DNA of 64,000 nt. Origin: an uncultured Planctomycetota bacterium. Its GTDB lineage: Bacteria; Planctomycetota; Planctomycetia; Pirellulales; Lacipirellulaceae. Below, piece after piece: positions 20,406 to 30,539 of the stretch. Numbering within the stretch: position 1 is the first letter of the stretch; each line of letters starts with the position of its first letter. Where the stretch lies: contig CAVRBU010000006.1 in NCBI GenBank assembly GCA_963719315.1, forward strand, positions 192,001 to 256,000. The letters are read 5' to 3'. Under the pieces are notes generated by a model, which was not told the origin of the DNA, made no database searches, and was given only the letters and a program-made list of their open reading frames with translations. The translations under genes and the position numbers were made by a program.

Positions 20406-21728
20406 ATGCGCGAAATTCTTGTCAACTACGAGCCGGTGAATCCAACGACGTGGGCCTACCTCGCGTCGCTGCTGATGATCGCCGTGTATTTCAAGTTCAA
20501 CCGCCTCCTGAGCGTACGGAATTTGGATTTGATCGGGCTGATCGCGTTGGCCCCCGCGCTGCTGATGATCAAGTATGGGCGGGAACACGCGGGCAGTAGC
20601 AGCGTGGAGCACGCGGGATATATTTGGCTGTTTAGCGTCAGTGGATTTTTCATGCTGCGGCTGCTGTTGGATGCGCTGATGGTGCGGCGGCCGCTGCTGG
20701 AACCAAATCTCACGGTTGGCGGGCTGACGTTTCTTGGCGTTTCGCTGTTCGTGTTTCTGATGGCGAATGTGGTGACTGGCAAGCCGGATGCGGCCGACGT
20801 GGCCGGGTCGGAGCGGGCCGCGGATTTGCGCGACCGCGAGCCGTCGCAAGGCGAATTGAATAGTCTGCGCACGCACGGGCCGGGGTTCCCGCTGATTTTC
20901 CTGCTGCCGCAAATCTCGACGCAATCGGTGCTGGGCGAAAAGGGCGAACAGAAGGTGCCCGTCGTCGCGGACGAGACGAACCAAGTCGAGTTGGTTTCTT
21001 ACAAGCATGTCGTAACGGCGCGCGTCGTCGCGATTCTCTCTCAACTTGCGATTGTGCTCGGATTGGTTGTGGTCGGAATTCGCCATTTCGACAATATCAA
21101 GACGGGCATCGCCGCCGCGACGCTTTATTTGTTGTTGCCGTACACTGCAATGTGGACCGGTAGCGTGACGCATGCGCTGCCGGGCGCCCTGCTGGTGTGG
21201 GCAGTCGTTTTCTATCGCTGGCCGATCTTGGCTGGTTCGATGATCGGAATAGCGTTCGGGACGATCTATTACCCGATTTTTCTGTTGCCATTGTGGATAA
21301 GTTTCTACTGGCAGCGCGGTCTGACGCGGTTCTTGATCGGCTTGCTGGCGATGGTCGGAGTCATGATGATCGCGGACGCTTTCGCGTCGGAAACCACCCA
21401 GCAATTCGTGGCCCACTTGCAGCAGATATTCAACCTGGGTCTGCCGGCGACAACGGAACTGTCGGGCGCGTGGGGGCAATTCTGGCGGCCCGTCTATCGA
21501 TTCCCGATCCTGATCGCCCATGTATGTCTGAGTCTCAGCATGGCATTGTGGCCGGCGCAGAAGAATTTGGGGACGTTGATCGCCTATTCGGCCGCGATGA
21601 TGCTGGGCACCCAGTTTTGGCACGCCCACAGCGGCGGATTGGCGCTGGCCTGGTACTTGCCGCTACTGCTCTTGACGACATTTCGGCCCAATCTGGAAGA
21701 CCGCGTAGCGGTGGCAGTCGTACGGTAA
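20406..21728 (+). CDS. Polytopic membrane protein, possibly GT-C glycosyltransferase-like
   Basis: About ten hydrophobic segments; function not established. Confidence 0.65.
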   Translation: MREILVNYEPVNPTTWAYLASLLMIAVYFKFNRLLSVRNLDLIGLIALAPALLMIKYGREHAGSSSVEHAGYIWLFSVSGFFMLRLLLDALMVRRPLLEPNLTVGGLTFLGVSLFVFLMANVVTGKPDAADVAGSERAADLRDREPSQGELNSLRTHGPGFPLIFLLPQISTQSVLGEKGEQKVPVVADETNQVELVSYKHVVTARVVAILSQLAIVLGLVVVGIRHFDNIKTGIAAATLYLLLPYTAMWTGSVTHALPGALLVWAVVFYRWPILAGSMIGIAFGTIYYPIFLLPLWISFYWQRGLTRFLIGLLAMVGVMMIADAFASETTQQFVAHLQQIFNLGLPATTELSGAWGQFWRPVYRFPILIAHVCLSLSMALWPAQKNLGTLIAYSAAMMLGTQFWHAHSGGLALAWYLPLLLLTTFRPNLEDRVAVAVVR

Positions 21729-21795
21729 ACGAGTACTTGGTACTCAGTGCTGGAGTACTGCGAAGAGGATTCTCTCAACTACGCTTTGCCCCGCG

Positions 21796-23021
21796 TCACT
21801 GATCGCGGCGGATGTCGACGGCGGTGGCTTTGGCTTGGGCCGCGAGCCAGCCGCGCCATTGTCCCTGGTCGTAGTCGAAGCTGGTGCCGCCGGACATAGT
21901 GATGAGCGCATCGAGCACCGCGCGGTTGCGAAAGGCCTGCGTGACGACTTGCGGCCCACTGCCGCCGAAACTGAAGGCGTTGCTGTCTTTGGAAAACGTG
22001 TAGGCGTGCTGGTCGGGGTTGACGTCGCTGACTTTGACGCGATGCTTCGTGATCAGCGCGTCGATCAGCGGCCCGATCGAATCGCGGTCGCGGATTTGGC
22101 CCAGGGCGGCGGCGGCGCGGTTTACGATTTCGTTGTCTTTGTTGCCGAGGCGCGGATGTACGGCGTGGCCAGGCCGGAGCGGCCCGATTTGATGAGGTAT
22201 TCCAAGCACTGGTGGCGGAGATCCTCATCCGGGTCCGTGAGCGAGAGGTTTACCAACGCGTCGACGGCGGCGCGTTGGTTTAAGTGTGAGGCGACTTCGA
22301 TCCATAGCCGTTTGAGATCGGGATCGTTTTCCCGGCGAAGCACGGCGACGACTGCCTCGGCCGCCTGCGGATCGTTGATCGCCAGGATTTCCGCGTGGGC
22401 TTGAGCGGACTTGTCGGGCCTGCGGCCGACGAGCCACTTGCGGAGTTGCTCGATGCGATTCGACCAATCGGCCTGCGTGGCCCGCGACTCCTTCTGCTGC
22501 TGCATGAGTTCGACATGCTGCGGCGTGACGTAGCGGCCTTCGTACAGCACCAGGCCGCGCGAGGTCATCACGTCGTCGCGATTCATCCACTGACCATCTT
22601 TTTGGCGGAAGCCGAGCGCGGCGCGGGCCTCGGCGTGGTTCGGCTCGAGCTCGACGATGCGTTCCAGATGCCGTCGGTAATCGCCGAGCAGTTTATGCTG
22701 ACGACACCATTCGGCCATTTTCAAGTGGTCTTCGACGGTGTCGGGTGATGTGCGGGCGAGCTTCTCGTATTCGGCTTCGGAGTCCGATGTGGTATCGACC
22801 CGCGCGACTTGCGAACGGGGGATCGTCAGGTGGCCGCCAGCGGCCAGGTCGATGACAAACGTCGATTTGTCGGCGTCTTCCGCTTGAACGATCTTACCTT
22901 CGAGCCGGCCGCCGGTGGTGAGTTCGATGACGTCGGCGCGGGCGATTGCAGCGCAACATGCCAAATAATATGCAGGCGCGCAAGCGAATGCCGTTCGTAG
23001 AATTAAGCCGTGGATATGCAT
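21796..23021 (-). CDS. Exported HEAT-repeat protein, frameshift near 22150
   Basis: Signal peptide + ADVIELTTGGRLEG in ORF 22122-23021; HEAT repeat VNRAAAALGQI in ORF 21796-22209. Confidence 0.7.
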
Positions 23022-23039
23022 GATTAATCTGAAACGGCG

Positions 23040-23123
23040 GGTACCATGCTCACGACGCGCTGCGGCGTGAACATGCTACGCTGGGAAATCATGCTTACGC
23101 GGCAGCCGCGAAAGCACGGCACC
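23040..23123. repeat. GGTGCCATGCT-type palindromic doublet
   Basis: GGTACCATGCTCACG..CGTGAACATG..CATGCTTACG..AGCACGGCACC; related copy at 50730-50817. Confidence 0.6.
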
Positions 23124-23223
23124 CCGCGTGGCACCCCGCATGGATGCCTACTTTTATTATACTGGCTAATCGAGCCGAAAATCCTCTGTAAATTTAGTCG
23201 TTTTTCCTACTACCGTTGCCCCT

Positions 23224-23734
23224 ATGAGCGAATCTACGAAACAGCACCGGTGCGACTCGCCGAAATCGGTGCGGTGTGCCGTCGTGACGATCAGCGATAC
23301 CCGCACGTTGGAAACCGACCGCGGCGGCGAATTGATCGTGAAATTGCTTGCAGAGGGGGGGCATGAAGTCAACTCGCGGCACATCGTGCGAGATGATCCT
23401 CGCGAGATCGAGCCGATGATCCTGAAGCTGGCCGATCCGGCGGCGACGGACGCCGTGCTGTTGACGGGCGGCACCGGGATCGCGGCCCGCGATCGCACGT
23501 TTGAAACGGTCAGCGGGCTGATAACCAAAGCCATGCCTGGGTATGGCGAGTTGTTTCGGATGCTAAGCTACGCCGATATTGGCCCGGCGGCGATGCTAAG
23601 CCTGCGCGGTTGGCGGCGTGTTGAATAAAGTCGTCGTGCTGACGATGCCCGGCTCGGTGGCGGCCGTGCAACTGGCGATGGAGAAACTCATCGTGCCGGA
23701 GATCGGGCATTTGGTTTATGAGGCGCGGAAGTAA
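23224..23734 (+). CDS. moaB: MoaB/MogA molybdenum cofactor biosynthesis protein, frameshift near 23600
   Basis: [46 protein letters not shown] continues in another frame. Confidence 0.8.
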
Positions 23735-23761
23735 AAAAGTACCGATTGACTATCCCGACCG

Positions 23762-25241
23762 TCATTGTATTGGAGAGGAAGCAGAACCTCGTATCGCCGC
23801 CACTTGCTGCGGGTGGGCGTCTTTTTTGTTGGTGGTATTAGACGGCAGTCTGAACCAGAAGCCTTCCCACTGTCCGGGCTGGCCGAGGAACAGGGCGCGG
23901 AGGTGGCAGACGCTGTCGCTGCCGGGCTCTCGCCAGCGCATCCCGCTGCCTTTGAGCCGTCCTCCCACGACCAGCTTGCACGCGGCTTCCACCGGACCGG
24001 AGCCGATCATCCAACCGCGGGTCAAGTACGTGGGATAGTCCATGCGATGGACGTTGTTCCGCACGTATTGTGCTTGTTGTCGGTAGCACTCCCGCTGGGC
24101 CTCGTTCCAGTCGCTCTGATCGAGCGATTCCCAACTGGCCACGAGCGCTGCTCCTCCTTCGTGCTTGAGCTTGTGACACCAGTCACGTTGTCGTTTGGCA
24201 AAGGCGCCGTCATCGCCCGGGTGAAGCGCACGAGCCAATTCGGCCACGTGCTCACTGGCATGGTAAAAGTCGAGGATCCGCACCGCCAGCGGCGCGTTCT
24301 TCTCGATGAAACGCTCCAAGCAAGGAGCGCCGTCGGTCAGCGCGATCTGTTGCTCGGCGTGGTCCCAGCCGACCTGCGCGGCCTGCCGGCGCCATTGCAG
24401 CCCCAAATCGTCTAAATCATGAAAACCGGCCAAATACCGCACTTGGTGTGGATCTTGGGCTGGTTGTTCCTCGAACGGCGAACGCGCATTGAAGACCATC
24501 GCCACCGCGGCCATCCGCGACTCCGCCGGGCCACCGCCGATGGCCTGCTGCGGCACCCCCGTGTGATCGACGGCCAGGTAGGCGCAGCGCCGACCCTCGG
24601 CATCCCGTTGCCAAAGCCAGTCTTCCTGGGGGCCAAACGTTTGCTTGGCCGCGAGTTTCGCTCCCAAGCGTTGGCCCGCTTCTTCCGTGACGCGCAGCAC
24701 GGTCGACTCCGCCAACCGAATGCCACTCATGCGGACCAAGGCTCGTTCGGCCGCCAAGCCAAAGCTGCTCAGCGTGCCGGCCAGCGACGCCAGTTCCTCC
24801 GCGCCGGGCGTGACGTGCCGCGGGGTGAGGCCCAGCCGCTCGTCCCAGGGCTGCTGGCTCGCGCCGCACTGGCAGCAGTAGTAATAGGTCCGCGTCAAAC
24901 GGATGTCTCCCAGCAGGCTGACCAATCCTTTCGTTCGCCAGTCGATGAACTTCGCGCTGCCGCCGCAGGAGCAGGCTAAGCTAGCTCCCTGATAAGCGCC
25001 CCTTTTTTACACACTCGTTGGTGGCGGTCTCCAGCACGTTCGCTCCCAAATCGAACAACATGTCCCGCAACTCGAACTCGCCGCGGCCCAACAACTCCTC
25101 GGGCTTCTTCGCCGCCATCATCCGCGCCATGTTCTTCAACTGCTGTTCGGCCTGGCCCTTGAGCGACTCGTAAATCCGCTCCGCCGCCGCTTCCTCTTCC
25201 GCTGTCAGGTCCAGTTCCAACGCCTTGATCTGCTTGGCCAT
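23762..25241 (-). CDS. ISKra4-like transposase (orfA + orfB joined by probable -1 frameshift)
   Basis: orfA MAKQIKA..VKKG; slippery AAAAAAG; lacks one base near 24980 relative to copy 2. Confidence 0.8.
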
Positions 25242-25339
25242 CGCTCTGCTCTCCGGTCTTCGAGTTCGAGAATTACCCCCCAATTGTCACAGACCCTTCA
25301 ACAGAGCAGATTTCCCACCAACAATCGAGACGCCTACCC
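23811..25339 (-). mobile_element. ISKra4-family-like insertion sequence, copy 1 (1529 bp)
   Basis: Imperfect 25-bp TIRs GGGTRGGCGTCT...TTGTTGGTGG; 9-bp TSD ACTTGCTGC (23802-23810, 25340-25348); DGA, LDFYHA, IGSGPVEAACK, RLKGSGMRW motifs. Confidence 0.9.
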
Positions 25340-25524
25340 ACTTGCTGCTCATACGTTGCTTTGCCCTTGACGGTGAATGGAATGTCTTGCTGAGCGAGGG
25401 CTTCCAATGCAGCCTCCGGCACTAGATGTTCGCCGGATTGAAGCACTCGACCCGAGAAGCGGCCGATTAGAAATCCCAGCGCTCGCTTTTCAGCTTCGCG
25501 ATCGGGAAAAGAGATGCTTACCAC
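25340..25524 (-). pseudogene. 5' part of a ~74-aa gene interrupted by IS copy 1 (3' end at 23762-23801)
   Basis: GAGGAG RBS, GTG start; removing the IS and one TSD gives ...KATYEQQVAAIRGSASSPIQ*. Confidence 0.7.
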
Positions 25525-25565
25525 AGTTTCGTCTCCTCGTTACTTCAGTTTATCCGACATACCTT

Positions 25566-25955
25566 TCAAATGCCAGCGCGACTGGTACATGGGAATTGGT
25601 ACGAATTACCTGTAGGACGGACAGGATTGTCCGTCCTACAGCTGGTGGGCGATTGTCTTGCGCTTTCGTCCAGGATTTGTGTGAAGTGTTGTCGCCACTT
25701 GTGTTGCCGCACTTGGCAGATGATGCAGGGAAGGTACACCCTGTAGCCGCATGTGGGGCAGCGTGTGGGGGGCGATGAGGGGACGAGCGGCGAATCGGTT
25801 TCAAGCGGATCTTTTCCGTACAAGCCGCGGCGGCCGCTGGCGATTGCGCTGATCGTGCCGCGGCTCACGTTCAAACGGGCGGCGATCTGGCGCTGCGAGA
25901 GCTCGCCGACGCGGAGCATGCGATCGATCTCGTGGACGAGGGCAGTGGTGAGCAT
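25566..25955 (-). CDS. Small HTH protein with C-terminal CxxC..CxxC zinc-ribbon
   Basis: LSQRQIAARLNVSRGTISAIA HTH; RCPTCG..PCIIC. Confidence 0.75.
   Translation of the reverse strand: MLTTALVHEIDRMLRVGELSQRQIAARLNVSRGTISAIASGRRGLYGKDPLETDSPLVPSSPPTRCPTCGYRVYLPCIICQVRQHKWRQHFTQILDESARQSPTSCRTDNPVRPTGNSYQFPCTSRAGI
25611..25640. repeat. GTAG-type perfect hairpin
   Basis: TGTAGGACGGACA-GGAT-TGTCCGTCCTACA, 13-bp perfect stem. Confidence 0.85.
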
Positions 25956-25985
25956 CTGGATTTGGTTTGCGGATTGAGGGGAAGA

Positions 25986-26222
25986 TTAGTCAGCGGGCCA
26001 GAAGTCGCCGTATTCGGGTTGGGAATCGCGTTCGTCGTCGTCGGCGAGGAAAGCGTCCCAGCACTCGTCGTCGGGGTCGAGTTCATCGAGTTCGTTCGAA
26101 TCTTCGGGTTCGCCATTAGGCACAAACGGGTCGTTATCTGCGGACGATTCGTCGCGGAGGGACTCGTCGTCGGGGTCAATGCGCGGGACTTCGTGGAATG
26201 ATTTCTGCTTGTGGTATTTCAT
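25986..26222 (-). CDS. Small highly acidic hypothetical protein
   Basis: GAGG upstream; Asp/Glu-rich with WDAF and PEYGDFW; same strand, directly upstream of the HTH gene. Confidence 0.55.
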   Translation of the reverse strand: MKYHKQKSFHEVPRIDPDDESLRDESSADNDPFVPNGEPEDSNELDELDPDDECWDAFLADDDERDSQPEYGDFWPAD

Positions 26223-26669
26223 GATTTTGGTTTCCTCGTCGGAGGTGGGCGGCCAAAAGGCACTGCTATCGAGATGCATTGCCAGCAGCCGCGCAGAAAC
26301 CTAACACAATGCGCGGCCAAATACTATACATGCGTTCACTTGTTCTGTAGGTTTTATGCAAGGGCCGAAAACGCGGGAGTTGCGGGGCCGCCGGAGCGAG
26401 TCGTTCGAGCGAAATGGCTAGCGGAGAAGATTCCCGAGTTAGGCGGCGCCGCAAATGATGGCTGTGCTGCCTGACACCGGTCGAATTGGGCCGTTTAGGC
26501 CGAGTCGAACGCCAGCACGGGAAATCGCTGCAGACGGGAACGCCGGGGTGTCGATTACCGTAAATAAGGCATGGAGTGCCGACTCGGGCGTACGGAGTGC
26601 GCCGCTGACACGTCGGACGCCGCAGCCTGGCCAGTTTGGGCCGGGCTGCTCGCTACAGCGAGGAGTTCC

Positions 26670-26879
26670 ATGCCGTTCTTCTTGATTCCCACTGCGCTTG
26701 GCGCGTGCTTCTTCTTGATCTGGGCATTCATTGGCGGAATGATTTTCCGCGATAGTCAGATGGCCGCGCAGCGCGAACGCGAGTCGGACATCATGGTCTT
26801 GCCGTTGCCGATGCGCCGCGCTGTTGGTCGGCCGAAGATGCGACAGACAAGTACCAAGACGGCGCGTTTCGCTTCGTGA
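26670..26879 (+). CDS. Small membrane protein
   Basis: AGGAG RBS, hydrophobic N-terminus, basic tail. Confidence 0.55.
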   Translation: MPFFLIPTALGACFFLIWAFIGGMIFRDSQMAAQRERESDIMVLPLPMRRAVGRPKMRQTSTKTARFAS

Positions 26880-26897
26880 GTTGACCGCCGATCGAGG

Positions 26898-26963
26898 CGT
26901 AGCCGAACTCGCAAGAGTTCAGCGGCTTTCAATGCGCGCTGAATTCTTGCAAATTCAGCTACG
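26898..26963. repeat. GTAG-type REP doublet
   Basis: CGTAGCCGAACTCGCAAGAGTTC...GAATTCTTGCAAATTCAGCTACG inverted arms between convergent genes. Confidence 0.75.
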
Positions 26964-26970
26964 TGCTTGC

Positions 26971-28440
26971 TTAGGGCGCGACGCGATCGGCCAGTTCATC
27001 GACTGCGTCGCTTAAGAGCGCCGCCATGGCGGGCGCTTGTTGCGACAGCGTGGTTCGCATGTCGGCATTGAGGCGTTGATTCTCGAAGTACGCCTGCTCG
27101 TCTTCGTTGAGGTTGGTATAGGCGACGACTAGCCCCGCGATGCCGAATATCTTGAAATCGGTTTGAGCGGCGAGTTCCTGAAGCGGTTTGATCGCTTTGT
27201 CGTATTCCTGCATATGAAAGTAATGATAGACGAGGCCTTGCTTGGCGAGATTATCGCAGTACGTTCCGGCGGTCGGGAAGTAAGCGATGACGGCCCGCCA
27301 CGCGGCCTCGGTATCGACTTGCTTTGCTTGATACAACTGTGCCCATACATCGGCCTGTTTCGGCGGGCCGAGTTGGGCTCCCGCCAGCAGGGATCGCGGA
27401 CCGATAAGGGCGGCCAGGCCGGCGCCGACGAGCGCGCAGGCGATCATTCCGGCGGCCAGCCAGCGAACGGATGCGCGTTTTGGCCGCACCATCGCCGTTG
27501 TTCTCATCAAGTCGTCGAGGCGAGTCGTGGCGACCGAGCGCTGGTCGGCGGCGCGGAGAATCCGCGACAGCGAAGCGGGATCGAAGGAGGCTGCCCAGCC
27601 CTGTTGTGCGCCTTCGGTGGCCAACGAGTGCACGTCCATCAAGAGTGCGTTCGGGTCGCTGAACCGTTCGGCCGCGCTCTTGGCCATCATTCTTTCGACG
27701 AGCTGGGCGAACCGCGGCGGTACGTCAGGCCGGCGATTCACGAGCGGCGGCGGCGGCTCTTTTAAGTGCTGCACGGCAACCGAGAGCGGCGTGTCGCCCG
27801 TGAACGGGGGCTGGCCGGCCAGCATGTGATAGGCGGTGACGCCGAGCGAATAGATATCGGAGCGCGAATCGAGTTGGCGGCCCTCGATTTGCTCAGGGCT
27901 CATGTACAGCGGCGTGCCCATCGTGACGCCGATCTGGGTGAAGTTGACGCCGCCGTCGCCTTGCACGCGGGCGAGGCCGAAGTCGGCGACTTTCACTTCG
28001 CCGCTGCGGGCCAGCATGATGTTTTCGGGTTTGATGTCGCGATGGACGATGTTTTCGCTGGCGGCCTTGGCGAGCGCGGCGGCCACTTGCCGCACAATGT
28101 CGAGCGCGAGCTGCGGCGCGAGCGAACCGCTGCCGCGGATGACTTCACCCAGATTGCGGCCGGCGACGTACTCCTGCGAGATGTAGTGGACGCCGTCCTC
28201 CTCGCCGACTTCGTAGATCTGCACGATGCCACCGTGCACCAGCGCGGCGGCTGCCCGCGCTTCGTGATGAAAGCGGCGCACATAATTCGGATCGCGGGCG
28301 AGCTCGGCGTTGAGCACTTTGAGCGCGACTTGCCGGCCCAGCGAAAGCTGTTGGGCCAGATAGACCTCGGCCATCGCCCCGCGCCCCAAACGGCGAAGGA
28401 CGAAGAAGTCTTTCAGCTTTTTGCCTACGAGGTCGGACAT
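26971..28440 (-). CDS. Membrane-bound Ser/Thr protein kinase
   Basis: LGRGAMAEVY, VALKVL, HRDIKPEN, DFG, GTPLYMSPEQ; TM helix after the kinase domain. Confidence 0.92.
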   Translation of the reverse strand: MSDLVGKKLKDFFVLRRLGRGAMAEVYLAQQLSLGRQVALKVLNAELARDPNYVRRFHHEARAAAALVHGGIVQIYEVGEEDGVHYISQEYVAGRNLGEVIRGSGSLAPQLALDIVRQVAAALAKAASENIVHRDIKPENIMLARSGEVKVADFGLARVQGDGGVNFTQIGVTMGTPLYMSPEQIEGRQLDSRSDIYSLGVTAYHMLAGQPPFTGDTPLSVAVQHLKEPPPPLVNRRPDVPPRFAQLVERMMAKSAAERFSDPNALLMDVHSLATEGAQQGWAASFDPASLSRILRAADQRSVATTRLDDLMRTTAMVRPKRASVRWLAAGMIACALVGAGLAALIGPRSLLAGAQLGPPKQADVWAQLYQAKQVDTEAAWRAVIAYFPTAGTYCDNLAKQGLVYHYFHMQEYDKAIKPLQELAAQTDFKIFGIAGLVVAYTNLNEDEQAYFENQRLNADMRTTLSQQAPAMAALLSDAVDELADRVAP

Positions 28441-28584
28441 TAACGGGAGGATGTAGGATGCGGGAAGGAGGATGCAGGGGGTTGTGGCATTCGCCTGATG
28501 TGTGTCGTTCCATAGTATCACGGTATAATGAAGGTGTGGCAACGCGGGAGGTGAAGGCAAAGACGTGCATTTAGGGGTGTCGCT

Positions 28585-28962
28585 ATGAGCTCAAACATTG
28601 CAGAGGCGAGAATCATCAACCGCGGCCGTGGTCCGGAGATCGCGGGTACTCGGATAACCGAGTACGACGTGATGGACTACTACAAGCAGGGTTGGCATCG
28701 GGGCCAGATCGCCGGCCTATTTCGGCTTTCATCGCGCGACATTCAGGCGGCCATAGATTACATCGAGACGCATAAGGAGGAAGTACAGCGGGAATATCAG
28801 AAGATTCTCGACCGGCACCACAATTACGTTTACCCGCCGTGGGTTCAGGAAATCGTGGACGAGTGCCGGGGGCGAACGGATCGTCGATTGGAGGAAATCG
28901 GGCGCGACGAGCGAAGGACGAAAGCAATGCCGACAATCATGGCTGATCAAGTTGGCTCATGA
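28585..28962 (+). CDS. DUF433 family antitoxin-like protein
   Basis: GRGPEIAGTRIT.YDV..LSSRDIQAAIDY. Confidence 0.75.
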   Translation: MSSNIAEARIINRGRGPEIAGTRITEYDVMDYYKQGWHRGQIAGLFRLSSRDIQAAIDYIETHKEEVQREYQKILDRHHNYVYPPWVQEIVDECRGRTDRRLEEIGRDERRTKAMPTIMADQVGS

Positions 28963-29357
28963 GTTGCTTAAAAATCCTTCTGTACGTTTGGGCCTTTCCC
29001 GCCACCTTGCTAGGGTTGGCACTTGTGCCGTTTGTGTTGGTACAGGGTGGAGAGGCCAGGATCGTCGACGGTGTGCTCGAAATTCACGGTGGGATTGTTA
29101 CGAGTCTTCTCCGCCGAGGATTGCCGTGGGTTGGGGGCGGCGCTGCGATGGCGCTGGGGCACGTAGTGCTAGGTCGCGATTCCAGTTGTTTGGAGCAGAG
29201 TCGCGCGCATGAACGAATTCATGTGCGCCAATTCGAACGATGGGGGCCACTACTTATTCCGGCTTATCTGTTGGTAAGCGGATATCTGTATTTGCGCGGC
29301 CGTGACCCCTATCTTGACAATCCGTTTGAGCAAGAAGCATTTAACAACGAAGTGTGA
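28959..29357 (+). CDS. Hypothetical protein with HExxH motif
   Basis: AMALGHVVL, HERIHVRQFERWG, NPFEQEA. Confidence 0.7.
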   Translation: MSCLKILLYVWAFPATLLGLALVPFVLVQGGEARIVDGVLEIHGGIVTSLLRRGLPWVGGGAAMALGHVVLGRDSSCLEQSRAHERIHVRQFERWGPLLIPAYLLVSGYLYLRGRDPYLDNPFEQEAFNNEV

Positions 29358-29366
29358 GAGTTGCGA

Positions 29367-30239
29367 CTATTGACGCAGTTCAACTTTGCCGAGCACCTCT
29401 GCCGCCGCTTCGGAGCGGTTGAGGACGTAGAAGTGAATGCCGGGGACGCCGGCAGCGACGAGGGCTTGCGTTTGTGCGGTGGCGAATTCGACGCCGATCT
29501 TGAATTGGTCGTCGGCTGCGTCGCCGGCCGCTTCCAGTCGGCGAACGAACGGGGCCGGAAGCTGAGCGCCGCATAGTGAGGTGATGCGCTTGATTTGGGC
29601 AAAATTCGTGACGGGTAAGAGACCGGGGACGATCGGCAGATGGATGCCGAGCGCGCGGCAGTTGTCGCGGAAGCGGAAGAAATCGTCGTTGTCATAAAAA
29701 AGCTGGGTGACGACAACATCGGCCCCGGCATCGACTTTGCGCTTGAGGTTTGCGAGGTCGATTTCCAAGCTGGGCGCTTCTTGATGTTTTTCCGGATAGC
29801 CGGCCACGGCGATGCCGAAGTCGGAAAACTCGTTGTGAATAAGAGAAACCAGTTCATTGGCGTAGCGAAAGCCGCCTTCGACGGGTCGAAACGCTGAGTC
29901 GCCCTGGGGCGGGTCGCCGCGTAGGGCAACCACGTTTGCGACGTTCAAGCTTTGCGCCGTTCTCAGGTATTCGCGAAGCTGATCGACCGTGCGGCCGACA
30001 CAGGTTAAATGCGTTGCCACGGGAAGTTGAAACTCGCGAAGTACTCGGGCGACAATTTCAAGCGTCAATTCCTGGGTCGAGCCTCCTGCGCCGTAGGTGC
30101 AAGTGATAAAGCTGGGGCGGAACTCAACTAACCGAGCGACGTGCTGAAATAGACTGGCGACGCCCTGCGGCGTTTTGGGCGGGAAGAGCTCGAACGAGAG
30201 GCCGAATTTGCCCGGCCCATATGCGGCGGAAAGCTTCAT
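29367..30239 (-). CDS. metF: 5,10-methylenetetrahydrofolate reductase
   Basis: SFELFPPK, TYGAGGST, HLTCV, ALRGDPP, AGYPEKH, TQLFYD, HFYVLNR. Confidence 0.95.
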   Translation of the reverse strand: MKLSAAYGPGKFGLSFELFPPKTPQGVASLFQHVARLVEFRPSFITCTYGAGGSTQELTLEIVARVLREFQLPVATHLTCVGRTVDQLREYLRTAQSLNVANVVALRGDPPQGDSAFRPVEGGFRYANELVSLIHNEFSDFGIAVAGYPEKHQEAPSLEIDLANLKRKVDAGADVVVTQLFYDNDDFFRFRDNCRALGIHLPIVPGLLPVTNFAQIKRITSLCGAQLPAPFVRRLEAAGDAADDQFKIGVEFATAQTQALVAAGVPGIHFYVLNRSEAAAEVLGKVELRQ

Positions 30240-30539
30240 GGCGATTCGGTGGTTGTGTCGCAAGGAGTGTGTTGTGGTTTCAGTCTAGCAGAGGGTACGG
30301 GATGCAGGGAGCAGGGAGCGAAACCGACTGCTATTTGCGCATGCCTCAAAGACGTTCGTTGGCATAACCTGCATATTCAATGCGACCTGATTGGGATGGC
30401 AGCCTCATGCGAACCAGGTGAAACCTCGGGGCGAGTACGGCGGTTGGGCGGTCGCCGAAAAAGCTAGGCTTTTACCAGCAGATACTTTTCGTTCGGTACT
30501 TGTCCGTGCAGGCTGGCCACATCGAGTGCAATAACGGCC

